This document shows, piece by piece, positions 11,331 to 22,670 of a stretch of DNA of 64,000 bases. The notes beneath the pieces are model-generated. The model was not told where the DNA came from, searched no databases, and worked only from the letters and a program-made list of their open reading frames with translations. Every line of letters starts with the position of its first letter. Within the stretch, counting starts at the first letter, position 1. The translations under genes and the position numbers were made by a program. The DNA lies in NCBI GenBank assembly GCA_963809485.1, contig CAWEJX010000020.1, positions 32,001 to 96,000 on the forward strand, read 5' to 3'. The stretch comes from an uncultured Acidobacteriota bacterium. GTDB lineage: Bacteria; Acidobacteriota; UBA6911.

Positions 11331-11975
11331 TCACTGAATACTGAGGGGAATGCCCCTGCGCGCCAGCGCGGATTTGAGAGTCTCTCCGGTCAATTCCTCA
11401 TAGCCCGAAGGGGTATCTATGTCCCGGACAACGGCGCTTTCCTCGGTCGGCAACAGTGCCGTGGCCTGTTCGTGTCGCAATAAAATCTTCTTCGGACCTT
11501 CTTCCAGGGGCGCGTCCATGAACTCCCGGAAAAGCTCCCGGTGAAAAATCGCGGGATGGCCGCGCCGGCCGCGATACGCCGGGCAGGCGATCCTCGATCC
11601 GGAGTCGATAAAGAGCCGGACGAGATCGCGCACCAGTTTTTCGGTAACCGCGGGCTGGTCCACAGGCCAGATCATGCCGGCATCGTATTCCGGCCGGATG
11701 CAGGACAGAGCCAGCTGTATGGATGACAGCTGTCCCCGGTCCGGGTCCGGGTTGATGCGCACTTCGGCATCCCATTCGCGAATCAGCGGCTGAATAACCG
11801 CAGCCGACCTACCCAGAACAATAATCGGGGCCGGCAACCCGTTTTTCCGCAGGACAGCCAGGATTCGAGTGAGAAAAGTATCCGCGCCCAGAGGCAAAAG
11901 CGCCTTGGGATAGCCCATTCTTGTGGAATCCCCGGCAGCAAGGATGACAGGGGCAATGGTGGATATGGATGCCAT
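11331..11975 (-). CDS. MocA/MobA-like NTP transferase family protein
   Basis: ILAAGDSTRMGYPKALL, PVDQP, GHPAIF, DIDTP. Confidence 0.85.
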   Translation of the reverse strand: MASISTIAPVILAAGDSTRMGYPKALLPLGADTFLTRILAVLRKNGLPAPIIVLGRSAAVIQPLIREWDAEVRINPDPDRGQLSSIQLALSCIRPEYDAGMIWPVDQPAVTEKLVRDLVRLFIDSGSRIACPAYRGRRGHPAIFHRELFREFMDAPLEEGPKKILLRHEQATALLPTEESAVVRDIDTPSGYEELTGETLKSALARRGIPLSIQ

Positions 11976-12107
11976 CGGGATCCTTCCATTCGTGACAGCA
12001 AGCGCGTCACTATACTCCAGGACAGTTGCCGGATCAACCCGAGAGGCCCGGCAATGCGCGCTGAGCGTTGGTGCATCCGAAGTGCGGTTGGATTACAATC
12101 AAACGCA

Positions 12108-13607
12108 ATGAAACGTACACTGTATTTCTCGGCCTTTTTTTTATTGGCCATTCTGTCGCCCGCTTCTGTCGCGCACCCGCCTGTTTGTGCTGAAATGCCG
12201 CTGTTCGCAGCCGATTCGGCCAAAAACCTGCGAACCGACCTCGACCGGATTTTTTCCGACCGCAGGTTCGCCGGCGCGCGCTGGGGAGTGGAGGTCTTTT
12301 CGCTGGACCGGTCGGAAAAGCTCTACGAAAGAGACACCTCGGGGCTGTTTGTGCCGGCGTCCAACAACAAACTCGTTACCGCGGCCGTGGCTTTGATGCG
12401 CCTGGGCCCCGACTATCGATATGAAACCCGCGTCCTGACTGACGGACAAATCGAGGCCGGCGTGCTCAAAGGGAATCTGATTATCGTGGGTTCCGGGGAT
12501 CCTTCCTGCGCGCCGCAATTCCAGGCTGGAGACGCCTTCGCCGCCTTCAGAAACTGGGCGGCGCAGCTGAGAGCGATGAATGTGCGCCGGATCGCCGGAG
12601 ACATCCTCGGGGATGAAGGAGCTTTTGACAGCACAAAATTCGGGCTCGGGTGGGAATGGAACGACCTGGGGCAGGGTTACGCGGCGCCGATCGGAGCTCT
12701 GCAGTTTAACGATAACACGCTGTCGCTCGAGATATCGCCGGGACCGGAAAAAGGCGATCCCGCATTCCTTAAAACCTCACCCTTGCCCGGATATCTCTCC
12801 ATAGAAAATAAGATTGTGACGGGAGCCGAAAACACCCCGGTCCGCGTTCAAATCCGCCGCGGGCCCTCCCGCAAAACGATGGTCGCCGGCGGATCCGTTC
12901 CCCTTGGAGGCGCGCCCGTGGCGCGGGCGGTCGCGGTCCTGTCTCCCGCCCACTATTATCTTTCGGCCTTGAGGCAGGTTCTGGCAGAGGGAGGGATCGA
13001 CACAAGCGAGTGTGAAATCAAGGAAAAGGAAGGCTATGCCGCAACACCCCTGACGACGCTCTGGAGCCACTCCTCCCCGCCTTTGTCCGAGCTTCTCAAG
13101 CCACTGATGAAAACAAGCCAGAATCTGTATGCCGAGACTCTGACCCGTACGCTGGGCCTGACGCTGAAGGGCGAAGGCACTTTTGACAAGGGCAAGGAAG
13201 TTGTGGAGGAAACCCTAGCAGGGTTGGGCATCGAGAAGGAAAGCTATGTTTATGCCGATGGATCCGGCCTGTCCCGCCTGAATCTGATCAGCGCGGATGC
13301 GCTGGCCAGGATTCTGAGGCATATGTACCGGCAGCCGCAGTTTTCCGATTTTTACGATGCGCTGCCGGTCGCGGGCATTGACGGCACTCTCTCTGCCCGG
13401 ATGAAAAACACGCGGGCGGAGAACAATGTCCATGCGAAAACAGGCAGCATCGCCAACGTATCCGCGATTTCGGGCTACGTGCGGACAGCGCGCGGCGAAA
13501 TGCTGGCGTTTTCAATACTGGCAAACAACTTTCTTGTGGCAAGAGAGGTTGTGGAATCCATCCAGGACAAAGCTCTGGAGCGGCTGGCGAATTTCTCCGG
13601 GAAGTGA
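12108..13607 (+). CDS. dacB: D-Ala-D-Ala carboxypeptidase/endopeptidase (PBP4, peptidase S13)
   Basis: Signal peptide; PASNNK (SxxK), SQN (SxN), HAKTG (KTG), DGSGLSR. Confidence 0.93.
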   Translation: MKRTLYFSAFFLLAILSPASVAHPPVCAEMPLFAADSAKNLRTDLDRIFSDRRFAGARWGVEVFSLDRSEKLYERDTSGLFVPASNNKLVTAAVALMRLGPDYRYETRVLTDGQIEAGVLKGNLIIVGSGDPSCAPQFQAGDAFAAFRNWAAQLRAMNVRRIAGDILGDEGAFDSTKFGLGWEWNDLGQGYAAPIGALQFNDNTLSLEISPGPEKGDPAFLKTSPLPGYLSIENKIVTGAENTPVRVQIRRGPSRKTMVAGGSVPLGGAPVARAVAVLSPAHYYLSALRQVLAEGGIDTSECEIKEKEGYAATPLTTLWSHSSPPLSELLKPLMKTSQNLYAETLTRTLGLTLKGEGTFDKGKEVVEETLAGLGIEKESYVYADGSGLSRLNLISADALARILRHMYRQPQFSDFYDALPVAGIDGTLSARMKNTRAENNVHAKTGSIANVSAISGYVRTARGEMLAFSILANNFLVAREVVESIQDKALERLANFSGK

Positions 13608-13645
13608 CACAATAGAAGCAGGGTGTTATTGCCGGTGAAATTGAT

Positions 13646-14230
13646 ATGTATGTTTCCGTAATGCAAAAGGCTTCCCTGCTTTTCCTGCTTGTGCGCCTGT
13701 TTCTGGCGGCTCAGCTTCCATCCGAACCGCCCTCGACGGCGCCCGGGGAAAGCCCGTCTTTAGAGAAGAGCTCTTACTTCGCTTTCGTGGACCGCGACTA
13801 CATTTTTACCATCGAGGTGGTCAAGCCCGGCGTTCCCCTGCTGAATTTCGTCTCCATGGCCGATGAGGACGTTAAGCTTCCGGCCAAGAATGTTCGGCTT
13901 TCCCTGGAGAATCGAAAAGCGGCAGGAAAACTTTTTGCGGTCGAAACGGCGGATGCCAGAAAGCCGATGATCGTGTACTCCCTGACCATTCACCCAAGGT
14001 CCTCTTTTGGCGTCCGTCTTGAAGGGGATTTCGACAAAGCCAAAGAGTTTTTGGGTGTAACCATAAGGCTGGGGAAAGAAGACCTGAAGCTCGCTCCGCT
14101 CACCAGATTTGACTTCGAAAGCCTGGTGCTGAAAGTTAATGGCCTGAATCTCGGCTCGCCCGATTTCAGCGACGACTGGCGGGTGCTGAAGATAGAAAAG
14201 ATAGGCAGCCGTTCACCCGCCCGAAATTAG
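13646..14230 (+). CDS. Hypothetical exported protein
   Basis: 194-aa ORF with N-terminal hydrophobic signal, co-oriented with dacB. Confidence 0.65.
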   Translation: MYVSVMQKASLLFLLVRLFLAAQLPSEPPSTAPGESPSLEKSSYFAFVDRDYIFTIEVVKPGVPLLNFVSMADEDVKLPAKNVRLSLENRKAAGKLFAVETADARKPMIVYSLTIHPRSSFGVRLEGDFDKAKEFLGVTIRLGKEDLKLAPLTRFDFESLVLKVNGLNLGSPDFSDDWRVLKIEKIGSRSPARN

Positions 14231-14363
14231 CCTTCATCCGAAAAAATCCGCAGTTGAATACGGATAATACAACCGCTGAGCTTCTTCTTCAGAATCAGCG
14301 TTTGTCGGCGTTTTTTCAGCGTTCGTCTGCGTTATCAGTACTGGTTTCGGCATCAGAGAAAAA

Positions 14364-15548
14364 TCACGAGAAGTGCTTTTCGATGGCAACCAGGCAGGCG
14401 TCGAGTGAGTCCGCAGGGATTCCGCCGGCCTGAGCGAGTTCCGGCCTCCCTCCCCCCTTCCCGCCGAATACCGCCGTCACCTGCCGGATGGCCTCGTGAC
14501 AGCTTCCCGTCAATCCTGCATTGCGCGCCACGACCAGCTGGCGCGCATCTTCAATCGCCAGGATTGCCACAACGCCCGGATGCGCCGCCAGTTTTTGAGC
14601 GAGCAGCTTGACATCGTCAAGCTTCCGACCGCTAAAGGTTCTGCGGATGATGGCCATACGTCCGGCAGCGGCGGCGCCCCCGATCAGCGCTTCGGCTTCC
14701 ATATCCAGCAGCTGGGTCTGCAGACGGTCCTTCTCCCTGGAGAGCGCCGCCCTCTCCTGCATCAGTTTTTCCGTCATTTCGGCAAGGTTGTCGGCGCCTG
14801 TGGAATACAGCTTACAGAGTCCCTTCAGCAACTCACGGTCCCTGGACAATATTTTCAGCGCTCTCTGCCCGGCAGCGAATTCAACCCGGGTTCCGCCTTT
14901 GTATCGTTCGAAGCCCAGGATAGAGATGATCCCGATCTCCCCCGTATGGCGGACATGGGTGCCCCCGCACGCCGACCGGTCAAAACCTCCGACATCGATA
15001 ACGCGTATTTCGCCTTCGCGCTGCGACTCCTTGCGGATTCCCAGGGAGTCGAGATTTTCCCTGTCGGTTGTCAGGACATGAACAGCGCGGTTTTCGAAAA
15101 CGATCCGGGATGCCAGTGTCTGAGCATCATCCATCCGCGACGCGGATGGTTCTGCCAGATCGACGTCGATGGTCGAGACTTCCTGCCCCATATGAAAGGA
15201 AAGAGTCGGGGCTTTCGCGACCGCGATGAAGGCCTGAGAAAGGATGTGCTGGCCCGTGTGCTGCTGCATATGGTCAAAGCGGCGCTCCCAGTCAATGAAG
15301 CCGGAGACCGGTCCGGGAAGGATTTCCCGGTCCAGGATGTGAATGATCTCCCCGGCATCACCCTCGAGCACTCTCAAGACACGCGCTTCGCCCAGCAATC
15401 CGGTATCGTGCGGCTGGCCTCCGGATTCCGGGTAGAAGGCCGTCTGATCGAGGACTACAGCAGGCTTCCCGTCGACCCTGAGCTGCTGCGTCACTTCAGC
15501 GGAAAATTCCTTGAGGTAAGAATCAAAATAATAGATTCGTTGTGTCAT
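14364..15548 (-). CDS. AlaX-like alanyl-tRNA editing protein with DHHA1 domain
   Basis: [43 protein letters not shown]. Confidence 0.9.
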   Translation of the reverse strand: MTQRIYYFDSYLKEFSAEVTQQLRVDGKPAVVLDQTAFYPESGGQPHDTGLLGEARVLRVLEGDAGEIIHILDREILPGPVSGFIDWERRFDHMQQHTGQHILSQAFIAVAKAPTLSFHMGQEVSTIDVDLAEPSASRMDDAQTLASRIVFENRAVHVLTTDRENLDSLGIRKESQREGEIRVIDVGGFDRSACGGTHVRHTGEIGIISILGFERYKGGTRVEFAAGQRALKILSRDRELLKGLCKLYSTGADNLAEMTEKLMQERAALSREKDRLQTQLLDMEAEALIGGAAAAGRMAIIRRTFSGRKLDDVKLLAQKLAAHPGVVAILAIEDARQLVVARNAGLTGSCHEAIRQVTAVFGGKGGGRPELAQAGGIPADSLDACLVAIEKHFS

Positions 15549-15715
15549 CGGATTTCTTCCATCCTGCATCGTGTATATATGAAGTCCGCCCGCGCAAAAG
15601 GCTTTTTACCACGAAACGCACCGATTTCACGAAAGGGATTTTGTGCCCTGTAGCCCGCGACTCAGCCTTCAATCAATTTGACACTGGTTCAGCGCGGTGT
15701 CTATACTTCGCCGTT

Positions 15716-16261
15716 ATGAATTCCGAAAACAAGGTTTTTCACGGAACGACAATTCTGCTGGTCCGCAGAGGCAATCAGATTGTCATCGCGGGCGACGGGC
15801 AGGTAACTCTGGGAGATACGGTTATCAAGCAGAGCGCCCGGAAAATTCGCCGCGTATACAATGACCGGGTCCTCGTGGGCTTTGCCGGAGCAACCGCGGA
15901 TGCTTTCGCCCTTTTTTCCCGGCTGGAAGTCAAGCTGGAGCAGTTCCAGGGCAATCTGAACCGGGCAGCCGTGGAGCTGGCCCAGGAGTGGCGCATGGAC
16001 CGCGCGCTGCGCCACCTGGAAGCGTTCCTTCTCGCCACGGACGGCAAATCCATCTACCTGCTTTCGGGGACCGGGGACGTAATAGAGCCCGACGACGGGG
16101 TGCTGGCGGTGGGATCGGGCGGGGTTTTCGCGCTCGCCGCAGCCCGCGCTTTGCTGCGTCATACCAAACTGCCGGCCCGAAAGATCGCCCAGGAAGCTTT
16201 GAAGATCGCCAGCGAAATCTGCGTGTTCACCAATAGTGAAATCATTGTCGAAGAATTGTAG
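15716..16261 (+). CDS. hslV: ATP-dependent protease peptidase subunit HslV
   Basis: [28 protein letters not shown]. Confidence 0.95.
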   Translation: MNSENKVFHGTTILLVRRGNQIVIAGDGQVTLGDTVIKQSARKIRRVYNDRVLVGFAGATADAFALFSRLEVKLEQFQGNLNRAAVELAQEWRMDRALRHLEAFLLATDGKSIYLLSGTGDVIEPDDGVLAVGSGGVFALAAARALLRHTKLPARKIAQEALKIASEICVFTNSEIIVEEL

Positions 16262-16348
16262 GCCTGAATTCGACGGCAGGGACCGGCGATCCCGGGTTGT
16301 TACCAGGGGTATCCGCAGGGCCAACCTTTTTCTATAGAGCGAGAATCC

Positions 16349-17749
16349 ATGCAGGAAAATTCAAGACGTCGAAAAGCCCGGGCACGCGGTCTGGATGAAA
16401 TGTCGCCCAGGGAAATTGTCCGGCAGCTGGATCGATATGTCGTGGGTCAGCAGGCGGCAAAAAAGGCCGTTGCCATCGCCTTGCGCAACCGCATACGCAG
16501 GCAGAAGCTGGACGAGGAGATGGCCGAAGAGGTCGCTCCCAAAAACATCATCATGATCGGGCCCACGGGCGTGGGAAAGACCGAAATCGCGCGCCGGCTG
16601 GCCCGCTTGGCGAATTCTCCATTCCTTAAAGTCGAAGCGACCAAATTTACCGAAGTGGGTTATGTCGGCCGTGATGTCGAATCCATGGTGCGCGACCTGG
16701 TTGAAATTGCCGTTGATATGGTCCGCGAAGAAAAGATCGCCGAGATTGAGGAAAAGGCGGAGCAGAATGCCGAGGAGCGGCTGCTCGATGTTCTGCTGGC
16801 CTCTCTCCAAAATATACCGGGAGAAAAAAGCTTGCCGGCAGGCAGTAACGGCCTTGCCCGGATCGAGCAGATGCGTGAGAAAGTGCGGAAGCAGCTCCGA
16901 GCCGGAAAGCTCGATAAGCGAATCATCGAAATGGAGGTGCGAGAGCATCCCATGGGTCCGGTTTCGCTCCAGTTTTTTGAAGGCCCCAGTCTTGAGGAAC
17001 TCCAGTTCAACATGCGCGACCTGCTCTCAGGCATGATGGAAGGCAAGCCCAAGAAGCGGCGCATGCCCGTCGACGAAGCCGCGGACTACATTATTCAGGA
17101 AGAGGAGCAGAAGCTGGTGGACATGGACCAGGTTGCCCGGCTGGCCCTGGACCGGGTGGAGCAGAGCGGAATCATTTTCCTGGATGAGATAGACAAAATC
17201 GCGGGGCGGGAATCGGGCCACGGTCCCGATGTAAGCCGCGAAGGAGTGCAGCGGGATATTCTGCCCATCGTGGAGGGTACGAGCGTCAACACCCGCTACG
17301 GCATGGTGCGGACGGATCACATCCTTTTCATCGCCGCAGGGGCTTTTCATGTTTCAAAGCCCACGGACCTTATCCCCGAGCTTCAGGGGAGGTTTCCCAT
17401 CAGAGTCGAGCTGAATCCTTTGGGCGAGGAGGATTTCGTACGGATCCTGCAGGAGCCGAAGAATGCGCTGATCAAGCAGTACACGGCGCTGCTGGGCACG
17501 GAGGGGCTCAAGCTCCACTTCACCGAGGATGCGATACGCGAGATCTCCAGCCTGGCGTGCCTGGTGAATGAAAGCACCGAGAACATCGGCGCCCGCCGCC
17601 TGCACACGATCGTGGAGGCCCTTCTGGAGGATTTTTCATTTGAAGGGAAGCAAAGCAGAGCAAAAACCGTCCGTATCACGGCATCCTATGTCCGTCAGAA
17701 ACTCGGGGATATCGCGCGGGACAAAGATTTGAGCCGCTACATTCTTTAA
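16349..17749 (+). CDS. hslU: ATP-dependent protease ATPase subunit HslU
   Basis: [40 protein letters not shown]. Confidence 0.96.
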   Translation: MQENSRRRKARARGLDEMSPREIVRQLDRYVVGQQAAKKAVAIALRNRIRRQKLDEEMAEEVAPKNIIMIGPTGVGKTEIARRLARLANSPFLKVEATKFTEVGYVGRDVESMVRDLVEIAVDMVREEKIAEIEEKAEQNAEERLLDVLLASLQNIPGEKSLPAGSNGLARIEQMREKVRKQLRAGKLDKRIIEMEVREHPMGPVSLQFFEGPSLEELQFNMRDLLSGMMEGKPKKRRMPVDEAADYIIQEEEQKLVDMDQVARLALDRVEQSGIIFLDEIDKIAGRESGHGPDVSREGVQRDILPIVEGTSVNTRYGMVRTDHILFIAAGAFHVSKPTDLIPELQGRFPIRVELNPLGEEDFVRILQEPKNALIKQYTALLGTEGLKLHFTEDAIREISSLACLVNESTENIGARRLHTIVEALLEDFSFEGKQSRAKTVRITASYVRQKLGDIARDKDLSRYIL

Positions 17750-18873
17750 TGCTTATGCGAACGTCTCAGCAGACCTCCGAACCATCCGGCAGATCCGCGC
17801 GGGCAACCGCCATGCTGGCTATCCTCGCCCTGGCACTGGCGGCAGGATGCGCAAAGATCGGGGATCCTCAGCCTCCGCGCATTCGCATTCCGAAGCCCGC
17901 CGCCGACCTCGCCGCGCGCCAGGTCGCCGATTCCGTCGAGCTCACAGTCTCAGTCCCGGTTCAAAACACGGACGGTTCCGCCGCAACCACTTTCAGACAG
18001 GTGGATGTCATGCGGCTGGCCGAGGATGCAGGCAGGAATGAGCAGACAGCTCCGGTGTCCGAAAAGGAATTCATGAAACAGGCGGTCCGGATTCTGTCGA
18101 TTCCGGAATCCCGGTTCTCGAGCTATCGGCGCGAAAATGCTTTTGTGATCCGTGACAGCCTGGATTTTCCTCAAAAGTCCGTAATTTATTCTTCCAGCTT
18201 CCGATATGCGGTGCTTTTCATCAACAACCGGAACCAGGCCGCCGGGCTGAGCAACCAGGCCTTCATCCGGCCTGTTCCAATCCCCCGGGCTCCGGCGGAT
18301 ATTTCGGCCGTCGTCACCGAAAGCTCCATCAATTTGAGATGGCAGAGGCCGGCGGAAAATATGGACGGTTCGACTCCGGCCCGTATCGCCGGCTTCAATA
18401 TCTACAGGTCGGAAGAAGCGGGGGTATTCCCGCCTGCACCATTGAATGCGGCTCCCGCGCAAAATCCAGCCTATGAAGATCACGATTTCAAGTTCGACCA
18501 GACATATTTTTATGCCGTCAGCACGGTAGGAAATGCCGAAAACCCACATGCGGAAAGCCTGCGTTCGGATGCGCTGAAGGTGGTTTCCAGAGACGTGTTC
18601 CCGCCCGCGCCGCCCAGGGACTTCACGGCTGTTCCGGACGGTAAGGACATCATTCTGCTCTGGGCCCCGTCGCCGTCGGCGGATGTGGCCGGATACCGGA
18701 TTTACAGGCTTGAGGACGGCAAAGCGCCGGGAATGCTTCTTCAGGATGAGCTGATCAATAACTTGAGTTATCGCGATACGCGTCTGGACGGGAAATGGAT
18801 ATACAGCATCCGCACGGTAGATGGGCACGGGAACGAAAGTCCGCCGGTTCTGGCGCCGGTGGATGAACGGTAA
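17749..18873 (+). CDS. Lipoprotein with fibronectin type III-like domains
   Basis: Lipobox AAGC + 'AKIGDPQPP'; FN3-like 'INLRW', 'GFNIYR', 'GYRIYR'. Confidence 0.75.
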   Translation: MLMRTSQQTSEPSGRSARATAMLAILALALAAGCAKIGDPQPPRIRIPKPAADLAARQVADSVELTVSVPVQNTDGSAATTFRQVDVMRLAEDAGRNEQTAPVSEKEFMKQAVRILSIPESRFSSYRRENAFVIRDSLDFPQKSVIYSSSFRYAVLFINNRNQAAGLSNQAFIRPVPIPRAPADISAVVTESSINLRWQRPAENMDGSTPARIAGFNIYRSEEAGVFPPAPLNAAPAQNPAYEDHDFKFDQTYFYAVSTVGNAENPHAESLRSDALKVVSRDVFPPAPPRDFTAVPDGKDIILLWAPSPSADVAGYRIYRLEDGKAPGMLLQDELINNLSYRDTRLDGKWIYSIRTVDGHGNESPPVLAPVDER

Positions 18874-19009
18874 GCTCGAAAATCAGGGCCGGAAGCAAGG
18901 CTTTTCCGTCCGGTTTTTGTGACGCGGGTCTGGTGGAATTCCGTGCGATTGCAGGACTGACATCAAGGGCTTTTTCCTATAATATGCGTGGCGGGAAGGA
19001 GACAGTAAC

Positions 19010-19660
19010 ATGAAATTTTTTCTGGATACGGCGAATATCGAAGAAATCAGAAACGCGGCGGAGTACGGACTCATTGACGGCGTCACAACCAATCCATCGC
19101 TGGTCAGCAAGGAGGGACGAGCTTTCAAGGACATCATCCTGGAGATCACCAAAATCGTGGATGGCCCAATCAGCGCTGAAGTTGTCAGCACCGACGCGGC
19201 GGGGATGCTGCGCGAGGCCTACGAACTTGCCAAACTGCACAAAAATATCGTGGTAAAGATCCCCATGATCAAGGAAGGGATGAAGGCGCTCAAACAGTTG
19301 TCCGATGATGGGATCCGCACTAATATCACACTCATATTCAACTGCAACCAGGCCCTGATCGCGGCAAAGCTCGGCGCGACCTATGTCTCCCCCTTCGTCG
19401 GCCGGTTCGACGATGTGAGCGAAGTGGGGATGAACCTGATCGGCGACCTGGTAAAAATTTTCTCAAACTACGGATTTCCGACCCAGATCCTGGTCGCCAG
19501 CTGCCGCAATCCCCTGCATATACGGGAAGCGGCCCTGCTTGGCGCGCACGTCGCCACGATGCCTTACAAAGTTCTCGAGCAGCTGCTCAAACACCCGCTT
19601 ACGGACATCGGGCTGGAACGTTTCCTGAAAGACTGGGAAAAAGTGCCCAAGCCTGTCTAA
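19010..19660 (+). CDS. fsa: Transaldolase / fructose-6-phosphate aldolase (small type)
   Basis: [28 protein letters not shown]; RBS GGAG upstream. Confidence 0.92.
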   Translation: MKFFLDTANIEEIRNAAEYGLIDGVTTNPSLVSKEGRAFKDIILEITKIVDGPISAEVVSTDAAGMLREAYELAKLHKNIVVKIPMIKEGMKALKQLSDDGIRTNITLIFNCNQALIAAKLGATYVSPFVGRFDDVSEVGMNLIGDLVKIFSNYGFPTQILVASCRNPLHIREAALLGAHVATMPYKVLEQLLKHPLTDIGLERFLKDWEKVPKPV

Positions 19661-19782
19661 GCGCACGGCCTGCGGGGATTCGATTATTGTCTCCGCGAGC
19701 TCTGCGCCTCCGCGTGAAGCTTTCCTCTGCGAACCTCAGTAAATGAACACTCAGGGATTTTCGGGCGGCCGGAAGGCCGCCT

Positions 19783-21087
19783 TTATTTTTTGCAGTTCGC
19801 CTGAACCGTCGGGAGCAAATTCCCTACCAGGTAGAGGGATCCCGTGACGACTACCAGGCCTCTGAGCGAACAGCGCCGCCAGGCTGATTCCAGGGCATCG
19901 TTCGCGTCCGGATGGAACTGCATGCGGGAGCGAAAGCGCCGGTGCAGGTCGGCAATCTCGTTAGGTTCTGCGGAACGGGAGTTTGCTATGGGCGTGAGGT
20001 GAATGCCGGCAGCCAGGGGAAACAGGTACGAGCCCATCTCGCGTATGTTCTTGTCCCGCATCGCCCCGAAAACGAACTGAACTTCTTTCTCCCCGCAATG
20101 GACAAGGAAGTCCCTCAGCAGCCGCGATCCTTCGGGATTGTGCGCGCCATCGAGCAGCGTTCGCCGGCGCGAATTGTATTCATCCAGCCGCCCCGGCCAT
20201 CTCGTGCGTGCCAGGCCGCGCCGCACATCGCCGGCCTTTATCGTAAAAGACTTTAAAGCCTCAACCGCCATTACGGCAAGAACGGCATTTAGAACCTGGT
20301 GATTTCCGGCCAGGGAGATTCGCAGGTTGGAGTATTCCCTGTCCGGTGTCCTCAGGTCGAAGGAATACCGTCCGCGGCGTTCTCCTGTAATGACGCTTTG
20401 GCTGTCGCGCCAGCTTTCCAGCAGAGGCGCTTTGGCTTTGCGGGCGAAGCTGCGTATGACCCGCCGCGCGGCTTCGGCTCGAGCACCGGATATAACCGGG
20501 ACGTGTTCTTTGATAATGCCTGCCTTTTCCCCGGCGATTTTTGTCAGGGTGTTGCCAAGATAATTCTGGTGATCCAGCGCGATTCCCGTGATTACGCTGA
20601 CCTCGGGCAGGACTATGTTCGTGGCGTCCAGCTTGCCGCCCAGTCCCACTTCCAAAACGGCGATATCGATTTTTTGCTCGCCGAAATGGAGGAAAGCGCA
20701 GCAGGTAAGGAATTCAAAGGTGGTCAGCGGACGGTCCAGGACCTTCCTGAGCAGCAGGGTTTTCTCCGCCCTTCGAACGCGTGTGGCCAGAGCTGCGAAG
20801 CTCCGGGGCGCAATCGGGCGCGCGTCGATCTGCATTCGCTCTTCGACGCGGACCAGGTGCGGCGACGTATAGAGACCGGTTTTCAAACCTGCCTGGCGCA
20901 GAATGGACTCGCAGATTGCAGCCACGCTTCCTTTGCCGTTGGTTCCGGCGATGTGGATGGAGGGATAATGCCGCTGCGGATCGCCCAGAGCCTGCATCAT
21001 GGCCCGAGTGCGGTGCAGGCCGAGGTGCATCATTTGCACCTCGTTGCCTTTGAGATCCAGGTATTTCAGGGTTTCGCTGTGATTCAT
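19783..21087 (-). CDS. folC: Folylpolyglutamate/dihydrofolate synthase
   Basis: HIAGTNGKGS, YTSPHL, EVGLGGKLDATN, LDGAHN, TGSLYLVG. Confidence 0.95.
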   Translation of the reverse strand: MNHSETLKYLDLKGNEVQMMHLGLHRTRAMMQALGDPQRHYPSIHIAGTNGKGSVAAICESILRQAGLKTGLYTSPHLVRVEERMQIDARPIAPRSFAALATRVRRAEKTLLLRKVLDRPLTTFEFLTCCAFLHFGEQKIDIAVLEVGLGGKLDATNIVLPEVSVITGIALDHQNYLGNTLTKIAGEKAGIIKEHVPVISGARAEAARRVIRSFARKAKAPLLESWRDSQSVITGERRGRYSFDLRTPDREYSNLRISLAGNHQVLNAVLAVMAVEALKSFTIKAGDVRRGLARTRWPGRLDEYNSRRRTLLDGAHNPEGSRLLRDFLVHCGEKEVQFVFGAMRDKNIREMGSYLFPLAAGIHLTPIANSRSAEPNEIADLHRRFRSRMQFHPDANDALESAWRRCSLRGLVVVTGSLYLVGNLLPTVQANCKK

Positions 21088-21316
21088 GGGATTTTGCAAA
21101 TGGCGGTCTGTACGCTCCGCAAAGGCGCACAGCTTAAACGGATTTTGCCATTTCAGCAACAGAGAAATCGCGGCGGAAACAATTCTGCCAGGCTATGAGA
21201 AAGCCGTTGCGGGATGTACAGCATTCCCGATCATTTTACCGGGAGTGCGCCAAGATAAAACCCATATCTTGGTTTTTTGCAGTTATGGGTTGTTCTTGAT
21301 TGTGGTTTGATTCCGT

Positions 21317-21391
21317 TGGTGGGCGGTATAGGATTTGAACCTATGGCCCCCGGTGTGTAAGACCGATGCTCTGCCGCTGAGCTAACCGCCC
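21317..21391 (-). tRNA. tRNA-Val (TAC)
   Basis: Reverse complement GGGCGGTTAGCTCAGCGGCAGAGCATCGGTCTTACACACCGGGGGCCATAGGTTCAAATCCTATACCGCCCACCA: cloverleaf, TAC anticodon, GTTCAA T-loop, encoded CCA. Confidence 0.96.
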
Positions 21392-21442
21392 AAAGAGTGT
21401 AAATTTATACTATCCAACTCCGGATCCAAAGCCATAAATGGA

Positions 21443-21526
21443 AATGGGGACGGTCACCAGTGTCCCCATTACGAATGGGTAATCCAAATTTTGGCCTGGA
21501 AGTGGGGACACTGGCGGCTGTTCCAC
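21443..21526. repeat. Inverted pair of REP-like palindromes
   Basis: AATGGGGACGGTCACCAGTGTCCCCATT (21443-21470) and a degenerate inverted copy GTGGGGACACTGGCGGCTGTTCCAC (21502-21526). Confidence 0.6.
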
Positions 21527-21533
21527 CTTTCGG

Positions 21534-22400
21534 TCATTGAGGGGGCTTGGGCTTCATGGGAGGGAGGCCGCAATTCGGCTGGATCGTGCACACCTGGATC
21601 GTATGAACATATCGCAGCTTTCCATTCTCCATGCGGAACGCGTGGTAATCGGGATTTCGCTTAGGGGCGACAAAGTCCACCATCCCCACGGCCGTTCCCA
21701 TATCCACGTCAACGAGAAAGTGGCGGTTGATTATGGGGATTCCTCCAGTCTTCGGCATTCCAACGGTGCATGAAGCATTCGGATCGTTTTTGGGATTCGT
21801 GTACATCCCGCCCTCGATGCGGGCGCACGGAGTGCCCCAGGGCACTTTGTCGAAATTGGCATAATCACCAAATGTGTCGTAATAGGCATTGGCGGCGTTG
21901 AGCAGGGTCTGGCGGTCACTGCGCTTTTCCGGAGGCAGGATATCCCATTTTTCCTGCAATGCATACTTCTGATAGTCTGCAGCATTGAAAAGCCAGTCGT
22001 CTTTGTCCGCAACAAGGCTCTCAATTTCGGAAATTTTGTTATCTTCAGCTTTTATCCGGGTCGCGAGCAAATAGTGATGGTCGCTGCTCGTGTGCGCAAT
22101 TTCCGTGAAAGCTTCGCACTGTTCCACATCGAGCAGGCTGCGGCTGTAATCGACAGCCAAAGGAGTCTTCCAGATGCCCTGACCAAATGGGACCTCATTT
22201 CTGTTTTCTATATACCTGGCCTGTCCCGCCAGAAGCATCAGGGACGGATTCCCTTTCTGCAGCGCATCCAGGTACCTGTCGACGGTTGCCTGCAGGCTCG
22301 CCCGTGTGCATCCCGCCGCCGCGGCAGACAACGCAGCGGTCTCCGCGCGAACAAACGCTGTGCTGAAAAGGAGCATAAGAAGAGCCATTGTTCGAATCAT
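21534..22400 (-). CDS. Hypothetical secreted protein
   Basis: 288-aa ORF, signal peptide, RBS AGGAGG, several Cys. Confidence 0.75.
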   Translation of the reverse strand: MIRTMALLMLLFSTAFVRAETAALSAAAAGCTRASLQATVDRYLDALQKGNPSLMLLAGQARYIENRNEVPFGQGIWKTPLAVDYSRSLLDVEQCEAFTEIAHTSSDHHYLLATRIKAEDNKISEIESLVADKDDWLFNAADYQKYALQEKWDILPPEKRSDRQTLLNAANAYYDTFGDYANFDKVPWGTPCARIEGGMYTNPKNDPNASCTVGMPKTGGIPIINRHFLVDVDMGTAVGMVDFVAPKRNPDYHAFRMENGKLRYVHTIQVCTIQPNCGLPPMKPKPPQ

Positions 22401-22670
22401 AGAACCTCCTGAGGAATTTTAGGTTGCCGAACGCACCGACTTGCGGTTTCTGACGGCGAAGGTTGTTCCTGCAATTGGTTCGTTCGGCTGTAGCAGGCGG
22501 ATTATACACCCAATACAGATCGCATTGTGCTTTTCGCATTCATCATCCGGCTCAGGCTTCCTGCAGAAGCCCTGCGCATAGGATTTCTCTTTTAACAGCC
22601 GGACCGCCCGAATATAATCAGCTCAACACATCGCAAGACGGCACACAATCCAGTTCGCCCGGAGGGACCT

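Noticed and set aside
21317-21391. tRNA-Val as the integration site of the accessory block
   Set aside because: The block lies on the tRNA's 5' side; no integrase or duplicated tRNA 3' end was seen.
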